This document shows, one piece after another, positions 36,910 through 45,658 of a stretch of 64,000 nucleotides of DNA. The stretch is from Candidatus Palauibacter sp. (GTDB taxonomy: Bacteria > Gemmatimonadota > Gemmatimonadetes > Palauibacterales > Palauibacteraceae): NCBI RefSeq assembly GCF_965208055.1, contig NZ_CBDBNY010000004.1, forward strand, positions 640,155 through 704,154, read 5' to 3'. Positions within the stretch are counted from its first letter, which is position 1; each line of letters opens with the position of its first letter. The notes under the pieces are model-generated. The model was given only the letters and a program-made list of their open reading frames with translations. It ran no database searches and was not told where the DNA came from. The position numbers were made by a program, and so were the translations under genes.

Positions 36910-38046
36910 GTGAGCGAGACGCAAGCACGCCCCGGATACCTCCTGCTCGAAGACGGCCGCCGATTCGACGGCGCCTATGTGGGCCCCGAGACCGAGACCG
37001 CCGGCGAAGCCGTCTTCACGACGGTGATGACGGGATACCACGAAGTGCTCACGGATCCTTCATTCGCCGCGCAGATCGTCGTCATGACCGCGCCCATGCA
37101 GGGCGTCTACGGCATTCGCGATCCCGACGTTCAATCGCGGCGGCCCTGGGTCGCGGGCTTCGTCGTGAGGCACCTTTCGCACGAGATCGGGTCCGGGCCG
37201 GCGGATTCCACGCTGCCCGAGTACCTCGCCTTGCACGGGATTCCGACCTTGATCGGCGCGGACACGCGGGCGTTGACGCGCCATATCCGCGATGCGGGCG
37301 CGATGCGTGCGGTCGTGGCGCACGATGGGGTGGCGCCGGAGCGGGCCGCGGAGCGTCTGGCCGCCGAGCCGGCGATGTCCGGTCGCGACCTCGCGACGGC
37401 CGTCTCGACGCCCGACCCGTACGAACTCGATCCCCTCGACGGGTCGACCGAACGCGGCCTCGTGCTTTGCCTGGACTATGGAGTCAAGACGCGCAGCCTC
37501 GATCTCTTCCGCCGCGAGGGATACCGCGTGCGCGTCGTCCCGTGCGACACGGACGCCGAAACGATGCTGTCCGCCAGTCCGGACGGCGTCTTCGTCTCGA
37601 ACGGACCGGGCGATCCGGAGGCGGTGCCGGGCGCGGTCGAGCGCATCCGCGCGCTCAGCGACGCGGGGGTCCCGCTGTTCGGCATCTGCCTCGGACATCA
37701 GCTCATCGCGCGGGCCTTCGGGGGCACGAACTACAAGCTGCCCTATGGGCACCGGGGCGGGAATCACCCCGTGCTCAACCATGCCACGGGCGCCGTGGAG
37801 ATCACCTCGCAGAATCACGGTTTCGCAGTGCTGGAACGAGAGGGGCGGATCCAGGGTGGAGACGAGCTCGAGGTCACGCACCGAAATCTGAATGACGGCA
37901 CCGTGGAAGGGTTGGTCCACCAGGAGCGGCCGGTGTTCGCGGTACAGTACCACCCCGAATCGGCTCCGGGACCTCACGACAGCCGATACCTGTTCAACCG
38001 CTTCGTCGAGACGATGCGGAATTGCGGAAGCCCCGCCTCGGGTTGA
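36910..38046 (+). CDS. carA: carbamoyl-phosphate synthase small (glutaminase) subunit
   Basis: CarA N-domain followed by a GATase domain (GICLGHQL…). The start is set at GTG 36910 (VSETQARPGYLLLEDG). Confidence 0.85.
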   Translation: MSETQARPGYLLLEDGRRFDGAYVGPETETAGEAVFTTVMTGYHEVLTDPSFAAQIVVMTAPMQGVYGIRDPDVQSRRPWVAGFVVRHLSHEIGSGPADSTLPEYLALHGIPTLIGADTRALTRHIRDAGAMRAVVAHDGVAPERAAERLAAEPAMSGRDLATAVSTPDPYELDPLDGSTERGLVLCLDYGVKTRSLDLFRREGYRVRVVPCDTDAETMLSASPDGVFVSNGPGDPEAVPGAVERIRALSDAGVPLFGICLGHQLIARAFGGTNYKLPYGHRGGNHPVLNHATGAVEITSQNHGFAVLEREGRIQGGDELEVTHRNLNDGTVEGLVHQERPVFAVQYHPESAPGPHDSRYLFNRFVETMRNCGSPASG

Positions 38047-38088
38047 CTCTGCGCTGCGCGTCGGCACTACGCGTTGAACGTTGACGAT

Positions 38089-39057
38089 ATGTTGTCTAGG
38101 TTGCGACGGGCATCCCCCAAGGATCCACAGACCCACTTTCACGGACCGTCGCGTGACGTGACCCACGACAAGCGAAACACGGTGATCGCCCTCCTGGCGC
38201 TGTTCGGCCTCTTCGGCGTGGGCGCGATCCTGTCGATCTGGTGGACGGTGGGGAATACGTCGTTTCTCGCCGGGGGACGGGTCGCGGTCGTCCCTCTGCG
38301 GGGCGTGATCGCGGACGAAGCAGGGTTCACGAAGGCGCTCAACGGTTTTCGCGAAGACCCCAGCGTGCGCGCTTTCGTGATCGAGATCGAGTCTCCGGGA
38401 GGTACCGTGGGGGCCTCGCAGAGCATCTTCGAAGCCATTCGCGATCTGCGGGACGACGACGACCGGCCCGTCCTCGCCTGGATGGGCGATGTGGGAGCCT
38501 CGGGGGGGTACTACGCCGCAGTCGGGGCCGACAGCGTGTACGCGCTGCCCGGCACGATGACCGGATCCATCGGCGTCATCATGGAATTCCCCAACGCGGA
38601 GGAGTTGTTCCGCAAAGTCGGCGTCGGCTGGGAGGTCGTGACAAGCGGCGCGCACAAGGATCTGGGTGGCCTCGCGCGCGCCCTTTCTCCCGAGGACCGC
38701 GAGATCCTCGAGGAAATCGTGCGCGACGTACACGAGCAGTTCGTCGAGGTGGTGTCCGAAAACCGGAGCCTGGACCGGGAGACCGTCCTCGGGCTGGCGG
38801 ACGGCCGGATCTTTACGGGCCGGCAGGCGAACGAACTCGGACTCGTCGACGGCCTCATGACCCTGACGGAGACCATCGCACTCGCCGGTCGGATGGCGGG
38901 CCTGGGAACGGACCCGGCGATCGTGCGGCCGCGCGAACCGACCATCGGACTGTTCGATCTGCTCGGCGGGCTGAGCATCGGCGATGCACGGACGTGGATC
39001 GGATCGGTGGCGCCGCTGCGCCCGGGGGCGCCGAGACTCCTCTTTGAACTCAGATAG
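38089..39057 (+). CDS. sppA: signal peptide peptidase SppA (36K type)
   Basis: ClpP/crotonase-like S49 fold (GDVGASGGYY…GSIGVIM) and an N-terminal TM segment. Confidence 0.8.
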   Translation: MLSRLRRASPKDPQTHFHGPSRDVTHDKRNTVIALLALFGLFGVGAILSIWWTVGNTSFLAGGRVAVVPLRGVIADEAGFTKALNGFREDPSVRAFVIEIESPGGTVGASQSIFEAIRDLRDDDDRPVLAWMGDVGASGGYYAAVGADSVYALPGTMTGSIGVIMEFPNAEELFRKVGVGWEVVTSGAHKDLGGLARALSPEDREILEEIVRDVHEQFVEVVSENRSLDRETVLGLADGRIFTGRQANELGLVDGLMTLTETIALAGRMAGLGTDPAIVRPREPTIGLFDLLGGLSIGDARTWIGSVAPLRPGAPRLLFELR

Positions 39058-39121
39058 GTGCTCCCATCCCGGAGCAAAACGCCAAATACACAGGGTTGCA
39101 CAACGCTCGGAGGAGAGGGAG

Positions 39122-39421
39122 ATGACGAAGGCGGATCTCATCGAACAGGTCCACGAGGCCATCGGCCCCGGCGTGACGAAGAGGGACTGTGCCGCGGTGG
39201 TCAACGCGTTTCTGAACGCGGTCAAGGGAGCCGTTGTGCAAGGCAATCACATCGAGATTCGCGGCTTCGGGACGTTCAAGGTACGGGAGCGCCGGACCCG
39301 CATGGCGCGCAATCCGCGCACGGGCGATCCCGTTCGCGTCCCGCAGAGGAAAGTGCCCGTCTTCAAGCCCTCGCGCCTGCTGCGCGACGAGGTGGCGGCG
39401 AGCCTGGAGGACCGGAGCTGA
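39122..39421 (+). CDS. HU/IHF family DNA-binding protein
   Basis: 99-aa protein (MTKADLIEQV…GFGTFKVRERRTRMARNPRTGDPVRVPQRKVPVFKPS) with a GGAGGAGAGGGAG SD sequence upstream. Confidence 0.8.
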   Translation: MTKADLIEQVHEAIGPGVTKRDCAAVVNAFLNAVKGAVVQGNHIEIRGFGTFKVRERRTRMARNPRTGDPVRVPQRKVPVFKPSRLLRDEVAASLEDRS

Positions 39422-39445
39422 ACCGCCCGCACCAGGGGGGGGCGG

Positions 39446-40618
39446 TCAGCCGAAGAAGTCGGCGATCCGTTCCAGTCCCTCTTCCAGGACTTCGCGTTCC
39501 ACGGCGAAGTTGAAGCGCAGGTGCCCCGGAGAGCCGAACGGCTCGCCGGGCATGCATGCCACCTGGGCATCGGCGAGCAGCCGCTCGGCGACGTCGAGCG
39601 ATGTAGCGCCGCGGTCGGTGAGCCGTCCGTAGAAATACAGGGCGCCGTCCGGCTGGAACGCCTCGATCCCGTCGATCTTCGCGAACCTCGAGAGCCCCAG
39701 TTCCCGGAGTTCCGAGAGCCTGGACAGGAGATCCGTGACGAACGCCTCGCGGGGAGCGCTCTCGCCGAGCACGGCCGCGGCGGCGTGCTGGGAGGGGCCG
39801 ACGGCCCCGGACGTGGTCTGTCCCTGCAGATCGGCCATCTTGCGGACGACGTCCGGCGGCCCCACGGCATACCCGATTCGGAACCCCGGCATGCAGAACG
39901 CCTTCGAGACGCCGTCGAGCAGGATCGTTCTCTCCCCGCGCTCCGCGATGTCGAATACGGACGGCGCGGGGGCCGCGTAGGCGAGCCGGCGGTAGATCTC
40001 GTCGGACAGTACCCAGAGCCCGTGTCGGTCCGCCCACGCCATGATCCCGCGCAGCAGATCGGTCGGGATGACGGCCCCGGTCGGGTTTCCGGGACTGTTG
40101 AGCATGAGCCCTCGGGTCCGCCGCGTGCGGGCAGCCTCGAGATCCTCGACGGTCGGCGCGAACCCCCCGTCCCACGTCGTCTCCACGATGACCGGCTCCG
40201 CCCCCGCGAGTCGGACGATCGTCGTATAGCTCGGCCAGTAGGGGGAAGGCACCAACACTTCCTCGCCGGCGCCGAACAGGGAGTAGCAGCAGTTGAACAG
40301 CGACTGCTTCACGCCCGCGCTCACGATCACGGAGTCCGGACTCACCGTCTCCGCGGCCGTCGTCTCGCGCAGGTAGCGCCCGATCGCCTCGCGCAGTTCG
40401 GGAAGCCCTGACGTCGGAGGATATCCCGTCTTCCCCTCTTCGACCGCCCGAATGCCGGCGCGTGCCGCGAACGCCGGTGCGGGATACTGCGGCTCGCCGG
40501 CCGAGAGGTCCACGACCGGAACCCCCGCCGCCCTCAGTTTCCGGGCGCGGGCGGCGAGCACCAGCGTGGCCGAGGCTTCGAGCCGGGCGACGTTCGGGGA
40601 AAACTGCGTAGGGGGCAC
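39446..40618 (-). CDS. pyridoxal-phosphate-dependent aminotransferase, class I (aspartate aminotransferase-like)
   Basis: PLP fold motifs (…NSPGNPTG…SKAF.MPG.RIGY). The start is set at GTG 40618. The longer ORF-track N-terminus is low-complexity and unlikely. Confidence 0.8.
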   Translation of the reverse strand: MPPTQFSPNVARLEASATLVLAARARKLRAAGVPVVDLSAGEPQYPAPAFAARAGIRAVEEGKTGYPPTSGLPELREAIGRYLRETTAAETVSPDSVIVSAGVKQSLFNCCYSLFGAGEEVLVPSPYWPSYTTIVRLAGAEPVIVETTWDGGFAPTVEDLEAARTRRTRGLMLNSPGNPTGAVIPTDLLRGIMAWADRHGLWVLSDEIYRRLAYAAPAPSVFDIAERGERTILLDGVSKAFCMPGFRIGYAVGPPDVVRKMADLQGQTTSGAVGPSQHAAAAVLGESAPREAFVTDLLSRLSELRELGLSRFAKIDGIEAFQPDGALYFYGRLTDRGATSLDVAERLLADAQVACMPGEPFGSPGHLRFNFAVEREVLEEGLERIADFFG

Positions 40619-40711
40619 GGGCGGGCACTCTTGTCGAAGGGGTTGGTCGGATTTGAGAGAGGGCTGCCGCACCCCTATCTTACGGCTGCTGATGGTACGC
40701 GGGGAGAGTCC

Positions 40712-40987
40712 ATGACGACAGAGACGGCAAGCGCGTTGGCCCCGGCGGCCGTGTTGGCCGCCACGCGAGAGTTCTTCCTCGGAGACGACCGGATGGTTGA
40801 CGCCTGGGTCGATACCGAGAGCGATACGCACATCGCGTTCTGCACCTTCAGGGGCAACCTCGCGGTTGCGGCTTTCCCGGATCCCGAGGGGCATGACGGG
40901 ACGCGGGTCCGGGTGACGACGCTGCGCGAAGAGGGAATCGTGCCGCGGCTCCTCGCCCACCTCGCGCTGGCGAACGCGCGCCCATGA
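40712..40987 (+). CDS. hypothetical protein (91 aa), translationally coupled to moaD
   Basis: ORF MTTETASALAPAAVLAATREFFLGDDRMVDAWVD…HLALANARP. Its stop overlaps the moaD ATG (ATGA). I recognise no family. Confidence 0.5.
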   Translation: MTTETASALAPAAVLAATREFFLGDDRMVDAWVDTESDTHIAFCTFRGNLAVAAFPDPEGHDGTRVRVTTLREEGIVPRLLAHLALANARP

Positions 40988-41238
40988 TGGATCGGATTTC
41001 GGTTCGCACCCTCTTTTTCGGCGTGTATGGCGAACTTGCCGCACGAAGAGAGGGCTCGGCGGAACTCGCGGCGGACAGCACCGTGGCGGACCTCGTCGAT
41101 GCCCTGCGCGGGCCGGGGGGCCTGGACTGGCTGCCGGATCGGGTCGTCGTCGCCGTCAATCAGAATTACGCGGACTCCGGCACGACCCTCTCGGATGGGG
41201 ACGAGGTCGCCCTCATCCCTCCCGTGGCGGGCGGCTGA
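40984..41238 (+). CDS. moaD: molybdopterin synthase sulfur-carrier subunit
   Basis: 84 aa ending …IPPVAGG with the ubiquitin-like MoaD pattern. Confidence 0.8.
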   Translation: MMDRISVRTLFFGVYGELAARREGSAELAADSTVADLVDALRGPGGLDWLPDRVVVAVNQNYADSGTTLSDGDEVALIPPVAGG

Positions 41239-41242
41239 GCCG

Positions 41243-41740
41243 ATGTCACAGGGGTCGCGTGACCGCGTCCGGGCATGGATCACGGGCGAGAGTCTGGACG
41301 ATTTTGCTCTGTTCGAGGATATTGTCGGAGACATCGGGTCCGTGGCGGACGGCGCGCTGCTCTTTTTTCAGGGGCGGGTCCGCGGCACGAACCGCGGCCG
41401 TGCGGTGTCGCGTCTTTCCTACGAGGCGTACGGCGAGATGGCGGAGCGGGAACTGTCGGCCATATGCCACGAGGCGCTGGAGAAGTTCGCGGTGGGCTCC
41501 GTCGCCGCGGCCCATCGCGTGGGAGAACTCGCGCTGGGAGAGGTGAGCGTGGCGATCGCGGTCACGTCGGAACACCGCGACGATGGGTACCGGGCGTCGC
41601 GCTGGATTATCGAAACGATCAAGGTCAGACTGCCGATCTGGAAGCATGAACACTACGAGGATGGTGAGTCGCACTGGGTGGGAGCCCCGATGCAGGGGGC
41701 GGAAGCCCTGCCCGGGGGGTCACGGCAGAAGAAGGTCTGA
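41243..41740 (+). CDS. moaE: molybdopterin synthase catalytic subunit
   Basis: MoaE-like sequence (…FQGRVRGTNRGRAVSRLSYEAY…ALGEVSVAIAVTSEHR…). Confidence 0.8.
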   Translation: MSQGSRDRVRAWITGESLDDFALFEDIVGDIGSVADGALLFFQGRVRGTNRGRAVSRLSYEAYGEMAERELSAICHEALEKFAVGSVAAAHRVGELALGEVSVAIAVTSEHRDDGYRASRWIIETIKVRLPIWKHEHYEDGESHWVGAPMQGAEALPGGSRQKKV

Positions 41741-41810
41741 TCAAGGGCCGCCTGATGGCGCCGGAGGCAACCGGCCTTCGGGCACAGGCGCCCAAATCGA
41801 GGAGGACGCC

Positions 41811-41933
41811 ATGTTCAAGATGGTCCGCAACCTGCTGGTCGTTGCCATGATCGCGACGGTCTCTTTCGCCGGAGACTGTGGCGATGACGACGACAACATG
41901 ATGATGCAGGAGAACGTCTCCGCTATCAGCTAG
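41811..41933 (+). CDS. candidate 40-aa secreted/membrane acidic peptide (MFKMVRNLLVVAMIATVSFAGDCGDDDDNMMMQENVSAIS)
   Basis: Strong SD sequence GAGGAGGA 4-5 nt upstream of the ATG. An N-terminal signal/TM-like segment is followed by a Cys-, Asp4- and Met3-containing tail. Confidence 0.4.
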   Translation: MFKMVRNLLVVAMIATVSFAGDCGDDDDNMMMQENVSAIS

Positions 41934-41944
41934 CGGTCCGTAGC

Positions 41945-41980
41945 GGGGCTCCGCGCTGCTGGAACGTGGCGCGGAGTCCC
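41945..41980 (+). other. strong GC-rich hairpin (12-bp stem, 12-nt loop) in the moaA leader; terminator/attenuator or part of a leader RNA structure
   Basis: GGGGCTCCGCGC-tgctggaacgtg-GCGCGGAGTCCC, with one G·U pair. There is no T-tract. More short stems follow before moaA. Confidence 0.5.
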
Positions 41981-42041
41981 GCCACTCGCCGCTCTCGGCT
42001 GGAGGGCGGCGAGGCTCCTCCCAACCCTCACTACCGGTGCC

Positions 42042-43022
42042 ATGAGAGATCAGTTCGGCCGCCGTATCCGGTATCTCCGGATCTCGGTCACGGATCGGTG
42101 CAACCTTCGGTGCACGTACTGCATGCCGGAGGAGGGACTGGCCTGGATCCCCAAGCCGGAGATGCTCGCGTACGAGGAGATCGCCGAGATCGTAGGCCAG
42201 ATGGCCGATCTCGGACTGGAGCGCGTCCGCATCACGGGCGGAGAACCGCTCGTTCGCAAGGATCTTCCGGACCTCGTGCGCATGATCTCCGCGGTGCCGG
42301 GCATCGACGACATCTCCCTCTCCACGAACGCGATCCTGCTGCCCCGTTTCGCGACGGCCCTCAGGGAAGCGGGCGTCGCGCGCGTGAACGTCAGCCTCGA
42401 CACGCTCGACCGCGACCGCTTCGAGGAGATCGCCCGGCGCCCGGCGCGGCGCTTCGATGAAACGATGGTGGGTCTCCGCGCCGCGGAAGAGGCGGGTTTC
42501 GCTCCGATCAAGATCAACTGCGTCATCATGCGGGGCCTCAACGACCATGAGGTCGTGGACTTTGCGGAGATCACGCGAGAGCGGCCGTGGCATGTGCGCT
42601 TCATCGAAGTGATGCCGGTGGGACAGAACCTTCATCTCACCGACCGTTTCATCTCGGCGGACGAAGTGCTCGAGAAGATTCGCGCGATCGAGGATCTTGT
42701 GCCGGACCCGGGGCCGCGGGGGAACGGGCCCGCCGTGTACTATCGCTTTCCGGGCGGCGCCGGGACGGTGGGTGCGATCACGCCCCTCTCCCACAACTAC
42801 TGCGAACGCTGCAACCGTATGCGGCTGACCGCCGATGGGAAGCTGCGGACGTGCCTGTTCGGCGACCACGAGGTCGATCTGAAGGGCCCGCTGCGTGAGA
42901 TGGGCAGTATCGACGGTGCGGTGGCGGAGGCGCTCGCCGGTAAGCCGAAGCGCCATTATCTGGAGCTGGGGACGGCGGCCGGGAGCGGCGGGCTCGCGGC
43001 GCTGAGCCAGGTGGGGGGCTGA
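42042..43022 (+). CDS. moaA: GTP 3',8-cyclase (radical SAM)
   Basis: Radical-SAM cluster motif CNLRCTYC, a C-terminal auxiliary cluster (CERCNRMRLTADGKLRTC) and a GG end. Confidence 0.9.
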   Translation: MRDQFGRRIRYLRISVTDRCNLRCTYCMPEEGLAWIPKPEMLAYEEIAEIVGQMADLGLERVRITGGEPLVRKDLPDLVRMISAVPGIDDISLSTNAILLPRFATALREAGVARVNVSLDTLDRDRFEEIARRPARRFDETMVGLRAAEEAGFAPIKINCVIMRGLNDHEVVDFAEITRERPWHVRFIEVMPVGQNLHLTDRFISADEVLEKIRAIEDLVPDPGPRGNGPAVYYRFPGGAGTVGAITPLSHNYCERCNRMRLTADGKLRTCLFGDHEVDLKGPLREMGSIDGAVAEALAGKPKRHYLELGTAAGSGGLAALSQVGG

Positions 43023-43258
43023 TGAGCTACGAGGAACGACTCCGGCACAGGGATCTGCTCGAACGCGCGACGGACCTGCGCAAGCGGCTGGAACTGGAAG
43101 ACGGCGGCGCGCCCATGCGGCGCGAGGAAGGCCGGGAACTGGCGGCGATTCTGGAGGCGACGCTGACCGAGATCGGCCCGGAGCGCTGGGATCGGGTGAT
43201 GGAGGTCGTCGCAAGCGAAGCCGCGCGCAGGGCCGGCGCCGGGTCGATTTTCGACTGA
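43022..43258 (+). CDS. hypothetical charged helical protein (78 aa), start overlaps the moaA stop
   Basis: ATGA overlap with moaA. Sequence MSYEERLRHRDLLERATDLRKRLELEDGG…. No family recognised. Confidence 0.45.
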   Translation: MSYEERLRHRDLLERATDLRKRLELEDGGAPMRREEGRELAAILEATLTEIGPERWDRVMEVVASEAARRAGAGSIFD

Positions 43259-43284
43259 TCGGCAGAGATTCGCCGCACCGCGGG

Positions 43285-43644
43285 CTGCTCGCGGCCGGGT
43301 TTCTGCTCGCGGGCCTGGGGGTCGCCGCCGGAGCCTTCGGCGCCCACTCGCTCGAAGGTCGCGTTTCGGCGGATGCCCTCGCGATCTTCGACACGGCGGC
43401 TCGATACCACATGCTGCACGCCCTCGGGCTCATCCTCCTCGGCCTTGCGGCGGCGCGCTGGCCGGATGCGGCATGGAGGTGGCCCGGGCTGCTGATGCTG
43501 TGTGGCGTCGCGGTGTTCAGCGGTACGCTCTACGCCCTCTCCCTCTCCGGCATCGGCTGGCTCGGCGCGATCACGCCGATCGGGGGGGGCGCACTCATCG
43601 CCGGATGGCTCTGGGCCGGCTGGATCGCTCTCACCCGAACCTGA
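43285..43644 (+). CDS. DUF423 (YgdD-like) small membrane protein; start codon unresolved
   Basis: DUF423 hallmark (GAFGAHSLEG…YHMLHALGLILLGLAA…). The frame is open from 43258, but no ATG/GTG/TTG precedes the first TM segment. CTG 43285 is used as a placeholder start. Confidence 0.6.
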   Translation: MLAAGFLLAGLGVAAGAFGAHSLEGRVSADALAIFDTAARYHMLHALGLILLGLAAARWPDAAWRWPGLLMLCGVAVFSGTLYALSLSGIGWLGAITPIGGGALIAGWLWAGWIALTRT

Positions 43645-43737
43645 CCCGGCCGTGTACTTGACGCCCACATAGGTTCACGCTGTAGAACGGTAGGAGCTGG
43701 CTCGCGAGCGGCCGTCCCCCGAAACCGAGAGGTCCGA

Positions 43738-44292
43738 TTGGCGATCAAGAGCGACGGCTGGATCCGGCGCATGGCACGCGGGCAGGGGATGATCGAACCC
43801 TTCGCCGACCGCCAGGTCCGCGACGGCGTCATTTCGTATGGCGTCAGCAGCTACGGCTACGACATGCGGGTCGCCGACGAATTCCGGATCTTCCACAACG
43901 CGCTCTTCCCGGTCGTCGACCCCAAACAGTTCGACGAACGCTCCTTCCTCGAATACTCGGGCGAGGTCTGCATCATCCCGCCGAACTCCTTCGCGCTCGC
44001 GCGATCGATCGAGTATTTCCGGATTCCGCGGAGCATCCTCACGATCTGCGTGGGGAAGAGCACGTACGCGCGCTGCGGTCTCATCGTGAACGTCACGCCC
44101 TTCGAACCGGAGTGGGAGGGACATGTGACGCTCGAGATCTCGAATACCACGCCGCTGCCCGCCCGCGTGTACGCGAACGAGGGGATCGCGCAGGTCCTCT
44201 TCTTCGAGTCGGACGAGGTCTGCGAGGTCAGCTACGCGGACAAGGCCGGCAAGTACCAGGGTCAGACCGGAGTTACGCCCCCCAAGCTCTAG
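43738..44292 (+). CDS. dcd: dCTP deaminase
   Basis: 184-aa Dcd (…SSYGYDMRV…[10 protein letters not shown]…[10 protein letters not shown]). Confidence 0.85.
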   Translation: MAIKSDGWIRRMARGQGMIEPFADRQVRDGVISYGVSSYGYDMRVADEFRIFHNALFPVVDPKQFDERSFLEYSGEVCIIPPNSFALARSIEYFRIPRSILTICVGKSTYARCGLIVNVTPFEPEWEGHVTLEISNTTPLPARVYANEGIAQVLFFESDEVCEVSYADKAGKYQGQTGVTPPKL

Positions 44293-45140
44293 CCTTTCGT
44301 GGCAGGCCCCTGGCCGGGGGGCAAGCGGGCGGCGAGCTCACCCAGGAGGCGGGCCAGGAGCCGCGGATGCTGCTCGGTCAGCACGTGGCCGCCGTCCCTG
44401 GACAGCGTGAATCCACATTCGAGTCGTGCGGCGAGACGCCGCGCCGCGGCGACGGGTATCCTCGGGTCATGCGCGCCCGCGGTCACGTGCGCGGCGACCG
44501 AGCGGCGGGGCATGCGGTCCTCCAACTCGGAAGGGCGCCAGTCGCAGAGGATGCGCAGGAGCGTCCGGGCCTGGCGTGGGCTCCCCCAGGGCCGGGCGTA
44601 GGCGGCTACGAGATCCGGAGGGGCCCGGAAGGCAGGACCGCACGCCCGCCGGAGGACCAGATGGCCCAGCGGCGCGTGAAGCGGCGCCAGGAGGCTCCCG
44701 ATCGCCGCCCGCACCGTGGACGACCGCAACAGCCGCAGAACGGTCGGGCTCCGGATCTCCGGCGTGACCGGGTTCGAGAGGAGGAGTCCGGAGATGGACC
44801 GTTCCGCCAGCGCGAGTGCGAGCGCGATCGCGGCGCCCTGGGAGTGCCCGGCGACGAGTCGCGGGCGGGGACCATCCGGCGCCAGCGCCCGTACGAGCTC
44901 GCGAAGTCGGCGCACCTCGTCGTCCAGCGTGTACGAGAGTCCCGGTCGCGCGTCCGATGCGCCCCGCCCCGGCAGGTCGGGGAGCCAGCATTCCCAGCCC
45001 GGATGCGCTTCGACGAAGAGTTCGGCAACCGGCCGCCATGCGCGACCGTGGGCACTGATCCCGTGCAGGAAGAGGGCGGGGCGTCCCCGGCCCAGAACTG
45101 CAACACGCGCCGTGCCGTCGCGGATCGCGACGTTGTGCAT
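44289..45140 (-). CDS. alpha/beta-fold hydrolase
   Basis: Nucleophile elbow G-H-S-Q-G ([11 protein letters not shown]) and a HGxxxxG-type N-terminal motif. The start is either ATG 45140 or 45176. Confidence 0.75.
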   Translation of the reverse strand: MHNVAIRDGTARVAVLGRGRPALFLHGISAHGRAWRPVAELFVEAHPGWECWLPDLPGRGASDARPGLSYTLDDEVRRLRELVRALAPDGPRPRLVAGHSQGAAIALALALAERSISGLLLSNPVTPEIRSPTVLRLLRSSTVRAAIGSLLAPLHAPLGHLVLRRACGPAFRAPPDLVAAYARPWGSPRQARTLLRILCDWRPSELEDRMPRRSVAAHVTAGAHDPRIPVAAARRLAARLECGFTLSRDGGHVLTEQHPRLLARLLGELAARLPPGQGPATKG

Positions 45141-45276
45141 GACAGCCGGCTTTCGACTCACTCGCTCCCCCTGCATCGCAACCGTAACTCGCTTGCCGGT
45201 GGTACCCCTCCGCGATACCTTCGCGGCGCGGGAAAGTGAAGAAATTCACAAGCTCGCACGAGAGGAGCGAACCCCT

Positions 45277-45633
45277 TTGCTCGACCCATATCTCGGCATC
45301 CTGATCCTCGCGTTGGTCGGCGTGCTGAACGCGGCCGCGATGATGGGCGTGTCGCACCTCGTGGGCTCCCGTCGACCGACCCCGGTGAAGGCGAGCCCGT
45401 ACGAGTCGGGGATTCCCCCGCTCGGGACGACGCGGGAGCGTTTCTCGGTCAACTTCTACATCGTGGCGATGCTCTTCATCGTCCTCGACATTGAGACGCT
45501 CTTTCTCATTCCGTGGGCCGCGATCTTCCGGGAGTTGGGGATGGTCGGGTTCGTGGAGATCACGGCGTTTCTGGCCGTGCTCGGCGTCGGACTCGTGTAC
45601 GCGTGGAAGAAGGGGGCCCTCGAATGGGACTGA
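45277..45633 (+). CDS. nuoA: NADH-quinone oxidoreductase subunit A
   Basis: NuoA sequence (…YESGIPP…[14 protein letters not shown]…FLIPWA). TTG start with a GAGGAG SD sequence upstream. Confidence 0.8.
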   Translation: MLDPYLGILILALVGVLNAAAMMGVSHLVGSRRPTPVKASPYESGIPPLGTTRERFSVNFYIVAMLFIVLDIETLFLIPWAAIFRELGMVGFVEITAFLAVLGVGLVYAWKKGALEWD

Positions 45634-45658
45634 TATCGAGACCGAGTGGAGAGGCGCG

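Noticed and set aside
39424-39445. GC-rich hairpin (CCGCCC…GGGCGG) between the convergent HU/IHF and aminotransferase genes as a bidirectional terminator
   Set aside because: It is plausible, but it is short (6-bp stem) and has no U-tract. I do not list it as a feature.
40619-41044. N-terminal 140-aa extension of the aminotransferase ORF (39446-41044 minus strand)
   Set aside because: The extension is Arg-rich low complexity and overlaps the divergent hypothetical/moaD genes. The aminotransferase homology begins near the GTG at 40618.
41811-43022. Peptide + radical-SAM enzyme as a RiPP (sactipeptide/ranthipeptide-like) cluster
   Set aside because: The radical-SAM protein has all MoaA hallmarks (N-terminal CX3CX2C, C-terminal auxiliary cluster, GG terminus). 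It is flanked by moaD and moaE. The peptide carries a Sec-type signal sequence, which RiPP precursors lack.
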